Source: a virus (lineage: Duplodnaviria; Caudoviricetes). From it: a DNA stretch of 64,000 nucleotides. The first letter of the stretch is position 1; each line of letters starts with the position of its first letter. A program made the translations under genes and the position numbers. Positions 10,074-20,232 of this stretch are shown here, in pieces. The notes beneath the pieces are model-generated. The model worked only from the letters and a program-made list of their open reading frames with translations. It was not told where the DNA came from and did no database searches. Where the stretch lies: the IMG/VR virus record IMGVR_UViG_3300034691_000044, positions 1 to 64,000 of that record, one strand, 5' to 3'.

Positions 10074-11264
10074 TTACAGGCGGGCTACAGTCTTGATCAG
10101 ACCGATGCGCTCGGAACGCAGGGTCATGAAGCCGTAGTACCACTTGATGGCCATGAAGCCCATCTCGCCATACGGGTCCAGACGGTCGGCGGTTTCAACG
10201 CCAGGCATCTTCTTGATGATCTTGAACTTGGTCGACTGGCCGTCGGTTTGGAAGCCGATGGTAGTGAACGAGCCTTGACCGATGCAGAGCATCGGGAACA
10301 CGTCGTACTTCACGCCGTCATCGTGGTTGGAAGCATCACCAACTTCGATGGCCGCGCCAGCGCCAGCCCACTTCAGCATTTCCGGCACGATGATGATGCG
10401 GAATTCATCGATCTGGCCGATTTCGCCGATCAGGGTTTCGCCACCGGCAGCATACTTCTCAACAGAGATGAATGCCGGGTTACCGTGCATATCCTTCATG
10501 CCTTTCAGCGTCGGGATCAGCTCGGAGCCGCAGTGCAGAGGACGGGCGCCCGGGATGGTGCGGGTGTCGGTCAGACGGGTGCCGTTGATCTGCGTGATAG
10601 TGCGCGGGGTACGGTTGTTGGTCAGCTGAATGCCCAGGCGCAGCAGGTCGTCGTAGGTGACCAAGTCATCTTTGCCGATAGTTGCGGTGCTGGTAGCGTC
10701 ACCGGCGTAACGGATCACGCCAGCGGCGTTGATCAGGTCGATTTGCAGAGCCGCTTCGGACATCTGGTGTGCACCGGTCACCATTTCACGGGTGATGTGC
10801 ATATCCAGTTCGGCATCGCTGTCGAAGTCCATCGATTCCTGGGTGAATTCGTCGTAGAAACCGAATTTTTCCAGGGTGCCTTCCAGCTCGATACGGGTGA
10901 AACCCACACGGTTAACACGACCGCCGTGTTCGGTCAGGGCCGGCAGTTTTCCCGGGATCAGACCGATGTCTTTGCTGGAACCGTACAGGTTACCGTTGGC
11001 GATTACGGCGCCGTTCGCATCAATACCCTGGTCGTTGACGTTGCGGTCGTCGAGCAGTGGGATGTAGTGGAACTTGGTGATCTTTTTACCCATGTTCTTG
11101 GGCATGGCGGTCACATCGGCCAGCTGGGTGAAGAACTGTTCACGACGAGCTTCGATCAGGGCTTGTTTCTGGTGAAACTCTTCGTAAGCCTGTGGACCGA
11201 TGCTCGAAGGGGTGCCCGGTGGGGCGTTGTAAGACATCGGTTTATAGACGTTTGGCGCTGCCAT
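10074..11264 (-). CDS. Major capsid protein (N4 gp56 family)
   Basis: YIPLLDDRNVNDQGIDANG, GNLYGSSKDIG, GGRVNRVGFTR, DPYGEMGF motifs; strongly biased codon usage. Confidence 0.95.
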   Translation of the reverse strand: MAAPNVYKPMSYNAPPGTPSSIGPQAYEEFHQKQALIEARREQFFTQLADVTAMPKNMGKKITKFHYIPLLDDRNVNDQGIDANGAVIANGNLYGSSKDIGLIPGKLPALTEHGGRVNRVGFTRIELEGTLEKFGFYDEFTQESMDFDSDAELDMHITREMVTGAHQMSEAALQIDLINAAGVIRYAGDATSTATIGKDDLVTYDDLLRLGIQLTNNRTPRTITQINGTRLTDTRTIPGARPLHCGSELIPTLKGMKDMHGNPAFISVEKYAAGGETLIGEIGQIDEFRIIIVPEMLKWAGAGAAIEVGDASNHDDGVKYDVFPMLCIGQGSFTTIGFQTDGQSTKFKIIKKMPGVETADRLDPYGEMGFMAIKWYYGFMTLRSERIGLIKTVARL

Positions 11265-11278
11265 GTCGGCGTATCCTT

Positions 11279-12424
11279 TTATCGTTTAAGGGTCTTCATA
11301 AAATCCTCGTCGCTCATAGCGAGAAACTTCGGATCTTTTGCTTCTTCAGTTGCAGTCGTTACACCCTTCGACGGGGCAGCAGCGCGACGGCGTTCTTCAT
11401 CAGCTTTTGGGGCTGCGGAAGGTTTTTTGCCCGGAGTTACCAGCTTTGTGACTGGACCCTTCGGGGCCGGGGCGTTAAAGGCGCCAGCAGCAGCCATTTC
11501 CTGGCCGATCTGGTTGTACACTTGCATCAGCGGTACACCTTTAAAGTTACCCAAAACTTGTTGGCGATTGACTTCGTCCATGACTTTGTCATAAACGCCG
11601 GATTCGACCTGTTCAGTGAGCTGAGCCAGCGATTGTGGGTGTTGACCCAACAGAGCTTGGGACTGTGTATCCCAATTCTTCATTTCGCCAACCAAACGAC
11701 CGAAGTGTTCGTTACCTTCCAGGTCACTGACAACTTCTTCGATGGCCATAGTTGCTTCAGACGGTGCCCGAGATTCCGAGCGGTAAGCTGCAACTTTGTC
11801 ATCGTCCAGTTCGTGGATGTCAATCTTGCTGTCTTTCAACAACTTGCCGATAGCTTCGGGCTTTCCAGCGAGCAAGTCAACTGCAAACGACAACTTTTCG
11901 TGGTCGAGCATGCCGTGTTGTTCCAAAACCTTCACATAAGACAGGTTTTTCTTATCGGCCGCACGTTTCTGCGAATAGTTGGCACCCATCTGGATAAGAC
12001 GGATAGCTTCGTCGACGTTCTTGACTTGCATGTCCCGGCCATTGGCCCGGATGGTCCCGAAGATACGTTCAACGCCTTCCGGCAAACCAGTAGAAGCAGC
12101 AGGCTCCGCCGCTACTTTGGGCTTTTCAGCTACGAGGCCATCAACCCCAACGTCGGCATCTTCGCCAAGCGGGTCAGAAAGGTCGTTAGCTGCTTGGCTT
12201 TCAGTACCTTTAACGCTTTCGCCCTGCGTTTCGCCTTCTTGCTCAGCTTCGGCGGTCGCATCAACGTCAGCAGAAACTTCTGTGCCTTCGACGGTGGCAG
12301 GTACTTCGGCAACAACGGTGGGTGCATCATCGGCAACAGCCTCGGAAGCGGCTTGCGCTTCTACTAACTTGGCGGGACCGGCAGACAAGAAGTCCGCATC
12401 AGACATAGAGAGGAAGTCGGCCAC
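11279..12424 (-). CDS. N4 gp57-like protein (scaffold-like)
   Basis: Acidic; ANGRDMQVK...LIQMGANYSQK; MSD.DF at both termini; directly upstream of the capsid gene. Confidence 0.75.
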   Translation of the reverse strand: MADFLSMSDADFLSAGPAKLVEAQAASEAVADDAPTVVAEVPATVEGTEVSADVDATAEAEQEGETQGESVKGTESQAANDLSDPLGEDADVGVDGLVAEKPKVAAEPAASTGLPEGVERIFGTIRANGRDMQVKNVDEAIRLIQMGANYSQKRAADKKNLSYVKVLEQHGMLDHEKLSFAVDLLAGKPEAIGKLLKDSKIDIHELDDDKVAAYRSESRAPSEATMAIEEVVSDLEGNEHFGRLVGEMKNWDTQSQALLGQHPQSLAQLTEQVESGVYDKVMDEVNRQQVLGNFKGVPLMQVYNQIGQEMAAAGAFNAPAPKGPVTKLVTPGKKPSAAPKADEERRRAAAPSKGVTTATEEAKDPKFLAMSDEDFMKTLKR

Positions 12425-12427
12425 GGC

Positions 12428-12769
12428 TTATTCCTCCAATTCTTCGATCAGGCGAAGATGAAGCTCTTCTTCGTGATCTTTCTTGGTGCGGCCTGCTACT
12501 TCACCGGCCAGGCGCACTTTGCGGAAGTAGGCGTTGAGCTGAGCAATGGCAGAGAGGTCGCGCACGACGTTGGTCTGACCCTGGGGAGTTTCACATGCGG
12601 GATCTGCAAGCATGAGGGTAAGTCGGTGCGACTCGCGCTCCATGTAGCCGGTCATGATCAGATCGTTGAAGTCGGGGTTGTTCAGCAGACTTTCGAGCTT
12701 ACGCGCCATTTCGATGCGTTCATTACACTGCTCGATGGTTACTTCGATTTCTTTAGTTGCATTGCCCAT
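12428..12769 (-). CDS. N4 gp58-like protein
   Basis: L..LLNNPDF..LI..GY motif; lies between portal and gp57. Confidence 0.7.
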   Translation of the reverse strand: MGNATKEIEVTIEQCNERIEMARKLESLLNNPDFNDLIMTGYMERESHRLTLMLADPACETPQGQTNVVRDLSAIAQLNAYFRKVRLAGEVAGRTKKDHEEELHLRLIEELEE

Positions 12770-12791
12770 TTGGGGTGCTCCTGAGTGAATT

Positions 12792-12815
12792 AAAGGGGAC
12801 TTCGTTTGAAGTCCC
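12792..12815 (-). terminator. Terminator-like hairpin after portal
   Basis: GGGACTTC-AAAC-GAAGTCCC-CTTT on the minus strand. Confidence 0.55.
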
Positions 12816-12833
12816 GCATATTACCGCTTGTCG

Positions 12834-14993
12834 TTACGCAGCGCCAGGTTTATTCATCTGACTTGCTTCTTGTTGCCGGATAGCTGATTGAACTGCCTGC
12901 AACTGTGCCTGCCCTTGGTGCTGTTTGTCCATAAGCTCCTTATCGCGTTCCTGCTTAACACCGGTCTCCTGTTCCAGGAAGTCGAGGTTGGTTTTGTCGG
13001 CGTTTGCGTTGAGTGCGTTGGCCTTCGCAACTTCAGTGCCCTGCTTGACCTGATGCAGTTGGGCATTGGACCCGAACTGCGCGGCGCGGGCTTGTTCAGT
13101 TACAATCTGCGCCTGCAACAAGGCAAGTTCCAGTTGTGCTTTTTGCTGTGCAACGGGATCAGGTTGTGGTTGATAGTCCTCAATCTTCTTGGCCAAGTCC
13201 GGCATTTTACGCAAGCGTGCAATGTCTGCCAGGATGATTGCGGTTACTTCCCAGCCTACGTTAGGGCCGACAGTTTGCAGCATGAAGGACAGCTCTTGCG
13301 CCTTGGCGTTGTCCTCTTCTGCTGTGGAAATGCCCAGGCTGATGTCGAAGTTACCGGCCAGGTCGTCGCGTCGGATATCCACGAACGAATCGTTGGTCAC
13401 CCGGATAACTTCCTTGTCCTCCAAGAACACTGCGTTCATGGCGATCATCTTGCGGCCTGCTTTCACTACACCGGCAGCGAGCCGTCGCAGAATGCCCAGC
13501 TCCCGCTTCGACGCCGCGTCCAAAGCACCACGCACACCAGTGGCAGTATCGCCCAGCGATGAACCACTCAAGCCAGCAGAGAAAGCCTGGACACCGGTCA
13601 TTGCTTCAGCTTGCTGGTTTTGCGCTTGCAACATCTGCCACGCCGACACAGGAATTTCCTGGAAGGTGTGCATGTGGATCGCCGACCGTGGATCATTGCC
13701 CGGGTTGAACTCGTAGTCACCACCTTCGACAAACTTGCGTTTGTTCGGGGCGTCGAGCGCACCCTTTGCAATACCAGTCTGCCCATTGGCCGACTTGGCG
13801 AACACATCAATCATGCCGCGCTGAATTGCCCCAACAGTCTTCTGGTTTTCGATCAGCAACGAGCCATCACTTTCGCCATACACCGATTCGTAAACCGGAA
13901 GGTAGGGGATTGCAACGAAGGGCAGTTTCTCGTCAGGGAAGGGGTTTGCTTCCATACGGATCAGAACATCACCGACCCAGGTGGCAACAAACGGTTTTAC
14001 TTCTCCGGAGCCGTCAATATCACGGAAGCCCCAGTATTCGTAAGCAACCATTTTAGTACGAGCTTTATCCTCGAAGTTGAAGGTTTTATCCTTCACATTC
14101 ACATCGAAATCAGGCTCGGACAGTGGTTGTGCCTTATCAGTGACAATTTTGTCCAGGTTCTTGTAGCGGCCGTCCTTTTGTAGCTCAGACTTGCTTGTCA
14201 GGAACTTGTGTACGATAAAGCCGGCGTTTTCCAGAATACCCTTGCAGGTTGGATCGACGATTATGTTCTTGTGGGAAATCACCTCCAATGTGGGGTGGTT
14301 CTGAATTACATCCTCTTGTTCCTCCTGAATCTCCCCAACTTGCACAGGAGCATAGGCAACCCCGTCGGTTTCATACGTTTCGTGGGCAAGACGATAGCCT
14401 TCATCCACTTCGTAATATTGCGATGGTGATTCGGCCTTGAGCCGGTCCAGTTCCTGCATGATCTGCATGTATTCAGGATTTTGAGTCAGCTCGTACTGAG
14501 GCACCCAGCGTTTGACCTTCTTGACCTCGCGCAACCAGCCGGTCTTGAGGAACGCCACGCCCGTATCAACAGCGCAGCGTACCATCGTATCGATTAGATG
14601 TTGCTTGTCGATACGGGTGTTCATCTGGTTGTTGAGCAGCAGACCGTTCTGCATAGCAGCGTTCCGATCTTCCCAGGTCACTGGCTTCAGTTCAAAGATG
14701 TCCGGAGACGACAGGAAAGGTTCGGACAATGAGGCATATCGCCACTCTGCCTGCTGACGAATCAGCTTAGGTTGTGCCTTGGACTTGTTCGCCGCCTTTG
14801 GTGCTGCGCCTTTACCCTTGGTGTGGAGATAATCCAACCATTCATCAATCAAGGCCACTTGGCCGCGGTGTGCGGTGGCAGAGTTCTCGACATCGAGTTT
14901 CAGTTCTGCCAAGGTTGGTTCGTGTGACCAATCTGTCAGTTTGTGCTGGTTCAGTGTATCCAGCGGTTGTTGTTCATCTTGTGCCATTTGCAC
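12834..14993 (-). CDS. Portal protein (N4 gp59 family)
   Basis: KLTDW..EPTL, PKLIR.QAEWRY..LSEPFLS, ATGVRGALDAASKRE motifs. Confidence 0.92.
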   Translation of the reverse strand: MQMAQDEQQPLDTLNQHKLTDWSHEPTLAELKLDVENSATAHRGQVALIDEWLDYLHTKGKGAAPKAANKSKAQPKLIRQQAEWRYASLSEPFLSSPDIFELKPVTWEDRNAAMQNGLLLNNQMNTRIDKQHLIDTMVRCAVDTGVAFLKTGWLREVKKVKRWVPQYELTQNPEYMQIMQELDRLKAESPSQYYEVDEGYRLAHETYETDGVAYAPVQVGEIQEEQEDVIQNHPTLEVISHKNIIVDPTCKGILENAGFIVHKFLTSKSELQKDGRYKNLDKIVTDKAQPLSEPDFDVNVKDKTFNFEDKARTKMVAYEYWGFRDIDGSGEVKPFVATWVGDVLIRMEANPFPDEKLPFVAIPYLPVYESVYGESDGSLLIENQKTVGAIQRGMIDVFAKSANGQTGIAKGALDAPNKRKFVEGGDYEFNPGNDPRSAIHMHTFQEIPVSAWQMLQAQNQQAEAMTGVQAFSAGLSGSSLGDTATGVRGALDAASKRELGILRRLAAGVVKAGRKMIAMNAVFLEDKEVIRVTNDSFVDIRRDDLAGNFDISLGISTAEEDNAKAQELSFMLQTVGPNVGWEVTAIILADIARLRKMPDLAKKIEDYQPQPDPVAQQKAQLELALLQAQIVTEQARAAQFGSNAQLHQVKQGTEVAKANALNANADKTNLDFLEQETGVKQERDKELMDKQHQGQAQLQAVQSAIRQQEASQMNKPGAA

Positions 14994-15023
14994 ATCCCCT
15001 AAACCAGTAAAGAGAGCATATTA

Positions 15024-15449
15024 ATGGAAATCGTTAGACTTCACTCGGATTTAATCACACCTATGCGTGGGACCGAAGGCGCCGCAGGTTATGACCTGTT
15101 CATGCCCGCAGCCGGTGACAACATGGGTAGCCCTGCCAAACTTGTCGGTCTTGGTTTTGCTGCCAAGGTTCCTGCCGGTTACGTTGCCTTGATTCTGCCA
15201 CGTTCCAGTGCAGGTGTGAAACATGGCATTCACCTGGGCAATACCGCAGGCGTAATCGACAGCGATTACGAAGGTGAATGGAAAGTGAACGTCCGGGGCC
15301 GGCCAGGTGATGTTGTGCAATGGGCCGCAGGCGAGCGCCTGTTTCAGTTCATCGTAGTACCGATCGGCACACCTGAGCTGGTATTCGTAGACAAGTTCAG
15401 CGAAGCGAGTGATCGCGGTATCGGCGGATTCGGCAGCACCAATAGCTAA
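15024..15449 (+). CDS. dut: Trimeric dUTPase
   Basis: Motifs AGYDL, PRSS, GVIDSDYEGE, RLFQ, RGIGGFGST. Confidence 0.95.
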   Translation: MEIVRLHSDLITPMRGTEGAAGYDLFMPAAGDNMGSPAKLVGLGFAAKVPAGYVALILPRSSAGVKHGIHLGNTAGVIDSDYEGEWKVNVRGRPGDVVQWAAGERLFQFIVVPIGTPELVFVDKFSEASDRGIGGFGSTNS

Positions 15450-15479
15450 AAGAAAGGGGACCGATTGGTCCCCTTCTTC
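15448..15479. terminator. Bidirectional terminator between convergent genes
   Basis: A-rich flank, AAGGGGACC-GATT-GGTCCCCTT stem, T-rich flank. Confidence 0.75.
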
Positions 15480-15480
15480 G

Positions 15481-16146
15481 TTATGCCCAGCCGCCTCGAC
15501 TGTGATGGCCCATGTCCTGTTGGTAACTCAGGTCAAAGCCACCTTCTTCCAGGCGGTTGCACTCCGCATTGAACAACCCGAGGAACGCATTCGTGCGGTA
15601 GGTTCCGTCGGTCAGGCCCACTGGGGTGTGCAACCGGCTGGCCACATACAAACAAAGTGCCCACACGTACATCACCGGCAAGTCCACGTCGATCATTTCA
15701 GGATCAATGTCCCCGTAACAATCCCCAATTTTCTTGGGCAGTGAGCGGTACTGCACTGTCACAACCCGTAGTGGATGAACCTGGCGCAGGTAAGCCGGCA
15801 CCTCCATGAGCATGGCCGAGCGGAAGTTTACGCCGCGGTCAGTGAAGGTGTTCACCGGGATCGTATTGCCACATTCATCCGTTACGTCATGCAGTTGCAT
15901 GAAGCGACCGCGTACCTGGGCGTCGAACTTGCTCAGGTCGTACTCGCCAATGGCCGGGTCGATAGGCACTTCGACCTTACCGATCTGGAATTTGAAGCGA
16001 GTGTTCAAGTCGACCAGCCCTTGGTTCATCACGTCGACGATTGCCTGGTATTTATCCGGACTGATCTTCTTCGTGACCTTATCGATGCAGCTCAGTTGAT
16101 TCAGCTCAGTTGTTTCCATCTGGCTGAAGATGGTCGAGAGTTTCAT
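15481..16146 (-). CDS. Head-tail adaptor/virion protein (N4 gp67-like)
   Basis: N.GL.DL..RF and AL.LYVASR.H motifs; downstream of terminase. Confidence 0.7.
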   Translation of the reverse strand: MKLSTIFSQMETTELNQLSCIDKVTKKISPDKYQAIVDVMNQGLVDLNTRFKFQIGKVEVPIDPAIGEYDLSKFDAQVRGRFMQLHDVTDECGNTIPVNTFTDRGVNFRSAMLMEVPAYLRQVHPLRVVTVQYRSLPKKIGDCYGDIDPEMIDVDLPVMYVWALCLYVASRLHTPVGLTDGTYRTNAFLGLFNAECNRLEEGGFDLSYQQDMGHHSRGGWA

Positions 16147-16153
16147 GTTTACC

Positions 16154-17815
16154 TCACACTAAGTAATTGGAAAGCGGGCTTGCTGTGGATACGTCGTCAT
16201 CATCCCACATTCCGCCGCCCGTGCGATGATCAATCTCCTGGGCAGTCGGGGCAATTGGCTTCATCACCGAGAGCATCGAGATGGTGTCGATGAAGTCGTC
16301 TTTCTTCGACCGGAACCCGGAACTGGAAGCAAGACTGATCTCGTTCATCATTTCCATCATGATCGACCCCGTTTTGTGCTCAAGAGGGAAGTAGATCTTG
16401 TGCAGCTTGAACAGTGGGATCACGGTATTAAACCGGACCATCTTGTTCGTGTTCGGACGAATACCCGGCTTACTGCTGTTCCCTTCGCTGGTCAGGTTGA
16501 AATAGATGTTCTTCTGCATCATCTGGTCCTGAATCCAAGGAATGAAACCAGATTGTTGACCAGACACCTCCACACCCACACCAAGAGGACGCCAACGCGA
16601 AACCAAGGTGAAAAGATCAGTGATGTTGGCCGACATGTCCTGCCGTTTGCAGATACCGTCCACCCAATACCAGTCGCCGTTGTAGTTGTATGCCCACACG
16701 CTGATTACGCTGAAGTCCGCCGATTGCTTCTCGGATGTGGCGAAGTCCGTCGTGATGTAGAAGTTGAAGTTGGATTTGAAGTCCAGCACGTTCTTGTGCT
16801 TGTACCAGCCCACCTCCCCGTCTTGAATCAGCCGATCCTCTTCGGACATGATGCGAAGCATCAGTTCCTGGTTGAATGTGTCGACTTTGCCCACCTTCAC
16901 CGCAGTCTCGTACTTCTTCTTCACGAAGCTGAAGGTGAAACGATCAGCCCATGCTCCGCAGAAGTCTTCCTCTGCACAAGGGAACTGATTGCACACAGGA
17001 TACACGTTGACGCGCCAGGCCCCCGACTCGACCGCTTTATACAGCGGATCTTTGGCGTTGAAGGGTGTACCCGACCAAATGATCATGTTTCGCTCAGGAT
17101 GCAGTGCGTGGTCGACCGCCTTGTAGATTGTGTCTTCAACCGCAGCAATTACCGTCGGAGATCGTGCATCATCATCGGACAGCAAGTCATCGAGTACGGC
17201 CAGGCGTGGCCGCTTGCCCATTTCCTTGGAACCCCGGACACCGGTCTTGGCGCCGTAACCTTTGACGATGAAGATGTCCCCATCCAGGTTGCGGAACTTC
17301 CAGCGCATATCCGTGAACTCGGTGCCATTAGGACAGTCAGGCGCCTTCTTCGGCATGTACTTCTGCAAGAAGTCGCTCTCTTCGTAGCGGAACTCCAAGT
17401 TCTTGCGCATGTTCTTCACGCCGTTCTCCATGGAGTCCGAGACGTATAGAGCCAGCTCAATCCGGCCGAAGTTAGGCAGACCGCCGTACATTCCGATGTA
17501 AAGGAATAGATATTCCCCCATCAGTGTGGTCTTTGCCGCACCCCGGAACACCATGTTCGCCAAGCGGGGGAACTTATTCAGTTCGCCCTTTTCGTCATAC
17601 TCAATGTCGTCAATGTTGTCTAACATCTTCAAGTGGAGCACAGGCGTTTCGTTTTCCTCACCTTGCCCACCATTCACCAGCTTAATGAAGGTCACGAACT
17701 CCAAAGCGAACTGACTTGGCACGTAGCGGGGGTCGATGCTGTAATCGACATTATCCAACCAGCTATCCACCGAACGCTGCACTTCATCGACGGGAACTTC
17801 AACAACGGCTGTCAT
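16154..17815 (-). CDS. Terminase large subunit (N4 gp68)
   Basis: FRGAAKTT Walker A, LAVLDDLL Walker B, nuclease DFATSEK...DDFIDTISML. Confidence 0.95.
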   Translation of the reverse strand: MTAVVEVPVDEVQRSVDSWLDNVDYSIDPRYVPSQFALEFVTFIKLVNGGQGEENETPVLHLKMLDNIDDIEYDEKGELNKFPRLANMVFRGAAKTTLMGEYLFLYIGMYGGLPNFGRIELALYVSDSMENGVKNMRKNLEFRYEESDFLQKYMPKKAPDCPNGTEFTDMRWKFRNLDGDIFIVKGYGAKTGVRGSKEMGKRPRLAVLDDLLSDDDARSPTVIAAVEDTIYKAVDHALHPERNMIIWSGTPFNAKDPLYKAVESGAWRVNVYPVCNQFPCAEEDFCGAWADRFTFSFVKKKYETAVKVGKVDTFNQELMLRIMSEEDRLIQDGEVGWYKHKNVLDFKSNFNFYITTDFATSEKQSADFSVISVWAYNYNGDWYWVDGICKRQDMSANITDLFTLVSRWRPLGVGVEVSGQQSGFIPWIQDQMMQKNIYFNLTSEGNSSKPGIRPNTNKMVRFNTVIPLFKLHKIYFPLEHKTGSIMMEMMNEISLASSSGFRSKKDDFIDTISMLSVMKPIAPTAQEIDHRTGGGMWDDDDVSTASPLSNYLV

Positions 17816-18504
17816 TGGGGGGCCTCGATCTCAAACGGCAAGCGCTGCGCCGCCACATCCTTGGCATTCGCGAACCCGCCTTGGATATGCAACCGCTGCT
17901 GGTCAGCCAGATCCTGCATCTGCTTGCGCACAGCCGCCATGGTGTCGCCCACTTCCTCGGAAACGTCCAGGGTGATCTTGGTCTTCTCCGGCTGCTTAAG
18001 TTGCACCAGCACGCTGTTGAGCGCCTCCACGCGCACCTTCTCGCTGGCAGCATTCATGCCCAGGTCAAATTGAGCGTTCAGCGCCTGCTGATACATGTCA
18101 GCATTGCCGACCCACGCCGGGATCAAAGCCTGCTCCATGATCTTCGTCACGAGCTTCGACTTCTTGAACGCACTCACATAGCTGCTGATATCCTTCTGGC
18201 TTACGCCCCGGTTCACAAAGTCCTGGTACTTCGCCGGGAACGTACCGATATACGCATCAATGTCGCTCTTGTTCATCATCTTCTGCGTGACGAACTTCAC
18301 CGCAGCCAAATAACTCTCCAGCTTGAACTTCCCTTCCCGCAAGACAGACGTGTGCCCAATCATTCGCTCACGATACGCTTCCGCCAGGTTAGGGTCAGCC
18401 AACAGCGCATTGACCCCATCCATGACCTCTTGCGTCACATTGCCCCGGAACTGCGCAGGCAATGCTAGCTTGAAGTCATCGGGGCTCATTACCTCGGTAC
18501 TCAT
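17812..18504 (-). CDS. N4 gp69-like protein (candidate terminase small subunit)
   Basis: YL.AVKFV, SEKVR.EA.NSVL..LK.PE motifs; overlaps the terminase start. Confidence 0.7.
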   Translation of the reverse strand: MSTEVMSPDDFKLALPAQFRGNVTQEVMDGVNALLADPNLAEAYRERMIGHTSVLREGKFKLESYLAAVKFVTQKMMNKSDIDAYIGTFPAKYQDFVNRGVSQKDISSYVSAFKKSKLVTKIMEQALIPAWVGNADMYQQALNAQFDLGMNAASEKVRVEALNSVLVQLKQPEKTKITLDVSEEVGDTMAAVRKQMQDLADQQRLHIQGGFANAKDVAAQRLPFEIEAPQ

Positions 18505-18740
18505 GCAGCACCGCCAGTATGTGCCAAGGCAGAGATCTTCAAGCAGTGCTCAGCACGCTCTACTGCATGCTTTGCCGTATCTCGGCGTGATGTAGCCAAT
18601 GCCAGTGCTTGTTTGGCATGGACCAGCTGTCCTTGTGCCAATGCCTGCGCATCCACAGCATTACGCAGTCCTTGGGCAGCATCTGCCACAGTCAGCGGCA
18701 ACACGTCAGCAAACTCGTTATACGGATCTTTTGTGTTCAT
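18501..18740 (-). CDS. Hypothetical coiled-coil protein
   Basis: ORF coupled by 4-nt overlaps to both neighbours. Confidence 0.6.
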   Translation of the reverse strand: MNTKDPYNEFADVLPLTVADAAQGLRNAVDAQALAQGQLVHAKQALALATSRRDTAKHAVERAEHCLKISALAHTGGAA

Positions 18741-19072
18741 TCTACCCTCTCCCACCCTTTGATGAAGTCTTCGTGCTCAACATGCCAGATGTTGGCCCGC
18801 TCGTAGCCGATTGGCCCATTCACTTCCGCTCGCTGCACGACGACCCAGTCACCTTCCTTCACCTGATCCCAGGCACCGGTAATGAGCTGAACCTCCACAT
18901 TGAACTCCGAATCGAACCTTAGCATACCGGTATTTGCCAAAAGGCGAAACCAATAAGGTAAGGGGTCGAATGCACCGCCGAGTCTTGCCGCGATGTAGGA
19001 ATAGGGCTTGTCTGCCCGCTTGTACTTGTCCGCCATGGGAAAGCCGTCCGTCGATAGAATATAGGGGATCAT
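18737..19072 (-). CDS. Hypothetical protein (GDWVV...F..GWERV type)
   Basis: First gene of the minus-strand block; start may be the internal MADKY. Confidence 0.55.
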   Translation of the reverse strand: MIPYILSTDGFPMADKYKRADKPYSYIAARLGGAFDPLPYWFRLLANTGMLRFDSEFNVEVQLITGAWDQVKEGDWVVVQRAEVNGPIGYERANIWHVEHEDFIKGWERVE

Positions 19073-19214
19073 ATACCGTTCGTCGCAGTGGGTGGGAAAT
19101 TTTCATAGACAGGTGAATGCAGGACATATGTAGTGGCCACAGCCACAGCCGACCACCCCCCCGGGGTCCACTTGCTTTCCATTTTCCTCAATGGCTGCGC
19201 TACTGTGTCTGTAC

Positions 19215-19227
19215 GGGCCTTCGGCCC
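19215..19227 (+). promoter_or_regulatory. Putative vRNAP hairpin promoter 1
   Basis: Template (minus) strand reads GGGCC-GAA-GGCCC, the C-GNA-G triloop hairpin type known for N4 vRNAP promoters; at the start of the early region. Confidence 0.7.
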
Positions 19228-19356
19228 TGTAACGGAGTAATCCTGCTCCTACTCATGAGTACACACTATGTTAGTCGAACTTGTATGCATTGCCCTCGTA
19301 TCTCTGTACGTAGCAGATGTATCACGTACTACCTACAAACTGTGTCGTAAGCACTA

Positions 19357-19367
19357 AGCCTTCGGCT
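19357..19367 (+). promoter_or_regulatory. Putative vRNAP hairpin promoter 2
   Basis: Template strand AGCC-GAA-GGCT, 60 nt upstream of the first early gene. Confidence 0.65.
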
Positions 19368-19426
19368 ATGTGGTGGATACCATACCGGTGTTCACCACTT
19401 TCTTATCCCTAGCTAGGAGTTACACC

Positions 19427-19723
19427 ATGTTCAAGCAAATCTTCGCAATGGTCGCCCAACTGGCACTGATGCTCACCAACCTGTTCACTGCTGGCACCAA
19501 GCTGTCCAATGCTGCTGTTCACACTGCATCCTACGTCGAAGGTGCTGCCGAAGGCTTCAATGAAATCGCTGCCCTGGAACGTAACGAGAAACTCGACGCT
19601 CTCCGTGGCAAATTCGACATCAATGCTCGCATCCGTGCCGTTGAACAACAACTCACCGCTTCGGACGCCGAGTCCAAACTCAAACTGCTCCACGCTGAAG
19701 CCAAGAACACTCAAGCTGCTTAA
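19427..19723 (+). CDS. First early protein (N4 gp1 position)
   Basis: AGGAG RBS, highly biased codons, followed by a TTCG hairpin at ~19733-19750. Confidence 0.75.
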   Translation: MFKQIFAMVAQLALMLTNLFTAGTKLSNAAVHTASYVEGAAEGFNEIAALERNEKLDALRGKFDINARIRAVEQQLTASDAESKLKLLHAEAKNTQAA

Positions 19724-19766
19724 CTCTCCATCGGGGGCCTTCGGGCCTCCATTCAGGTGACACACC

Positions 19767-19853
19767 ATGACATTCGAAACATCACTCGCTATCACATGCT
19801 TCACCATCACTGCACTGCTAGTCGTAGCACTCTGGTACTCATCCCCTAAATAG
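19767..19853 (+). CDS. 28-aa membrane peptide
   Basis: AGGTGA RBS; MTFETSLAITCFTITALLVVALWYSSPK; followed by a terminator. Confidence 0.5.
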   Translation: MTFETSLAITCFTITALLVVALWYSSPK

Positions 19854-19876
19854 GGCTGGGTATCAGTTCTTTTTTT
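19852..19876 (+). terminator. Terminator
   Basis: AGGGCTG-GGTAT-CAGTTCT plus T run. Confidence 0.6.
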
Positions 19877-20232
19877 AAAGCACACACAACAGCACACAAC
19901 AAGAGCACACATCCACGTCAAGAGCGCCAGCCTTTGAGACAGTAGGCCAGGAAGACACCCTTTCCTGCTACTCTTTCCCCTTTCCCGCCGTTAGGGGGAC
20001 TCTGAGGCAGTATTACCACTCATCGGCCAGCAAAGCTGACCGTTGCTGCGCAATCGATGTATATATGTGGGGGGAGTAGAGGGAATTGGAGTGAAACAGT
20101 GAGTTTGTTGTGCCAACAACATGCAGGTTTCCCCTTTCCTGTATCCTATCAACACCATTCGTCATTCCTATACACACCTGTGGTGTATCCGTATCCCTTC
20201 GGGTCTGTTGCGGAATCAATCGAGGTCTGATT

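Noticed and set aside
9339-11594. 751-aa plus-strand ORF spanning the capsid gene
   Set aside because: Antisense shadow caused by the codon bias of the minus-strand genes.
15024-15449. dUTPase inverted inside the structural module, and the tail/lysis block inside the middle region
   Set aside because: I recall similar layouts in Pseudomonas N4-like phages, so this is not treated as novel.
16226-17449. 407-aa plus-strand ORF
   Set aside because: Antisense to terminase.
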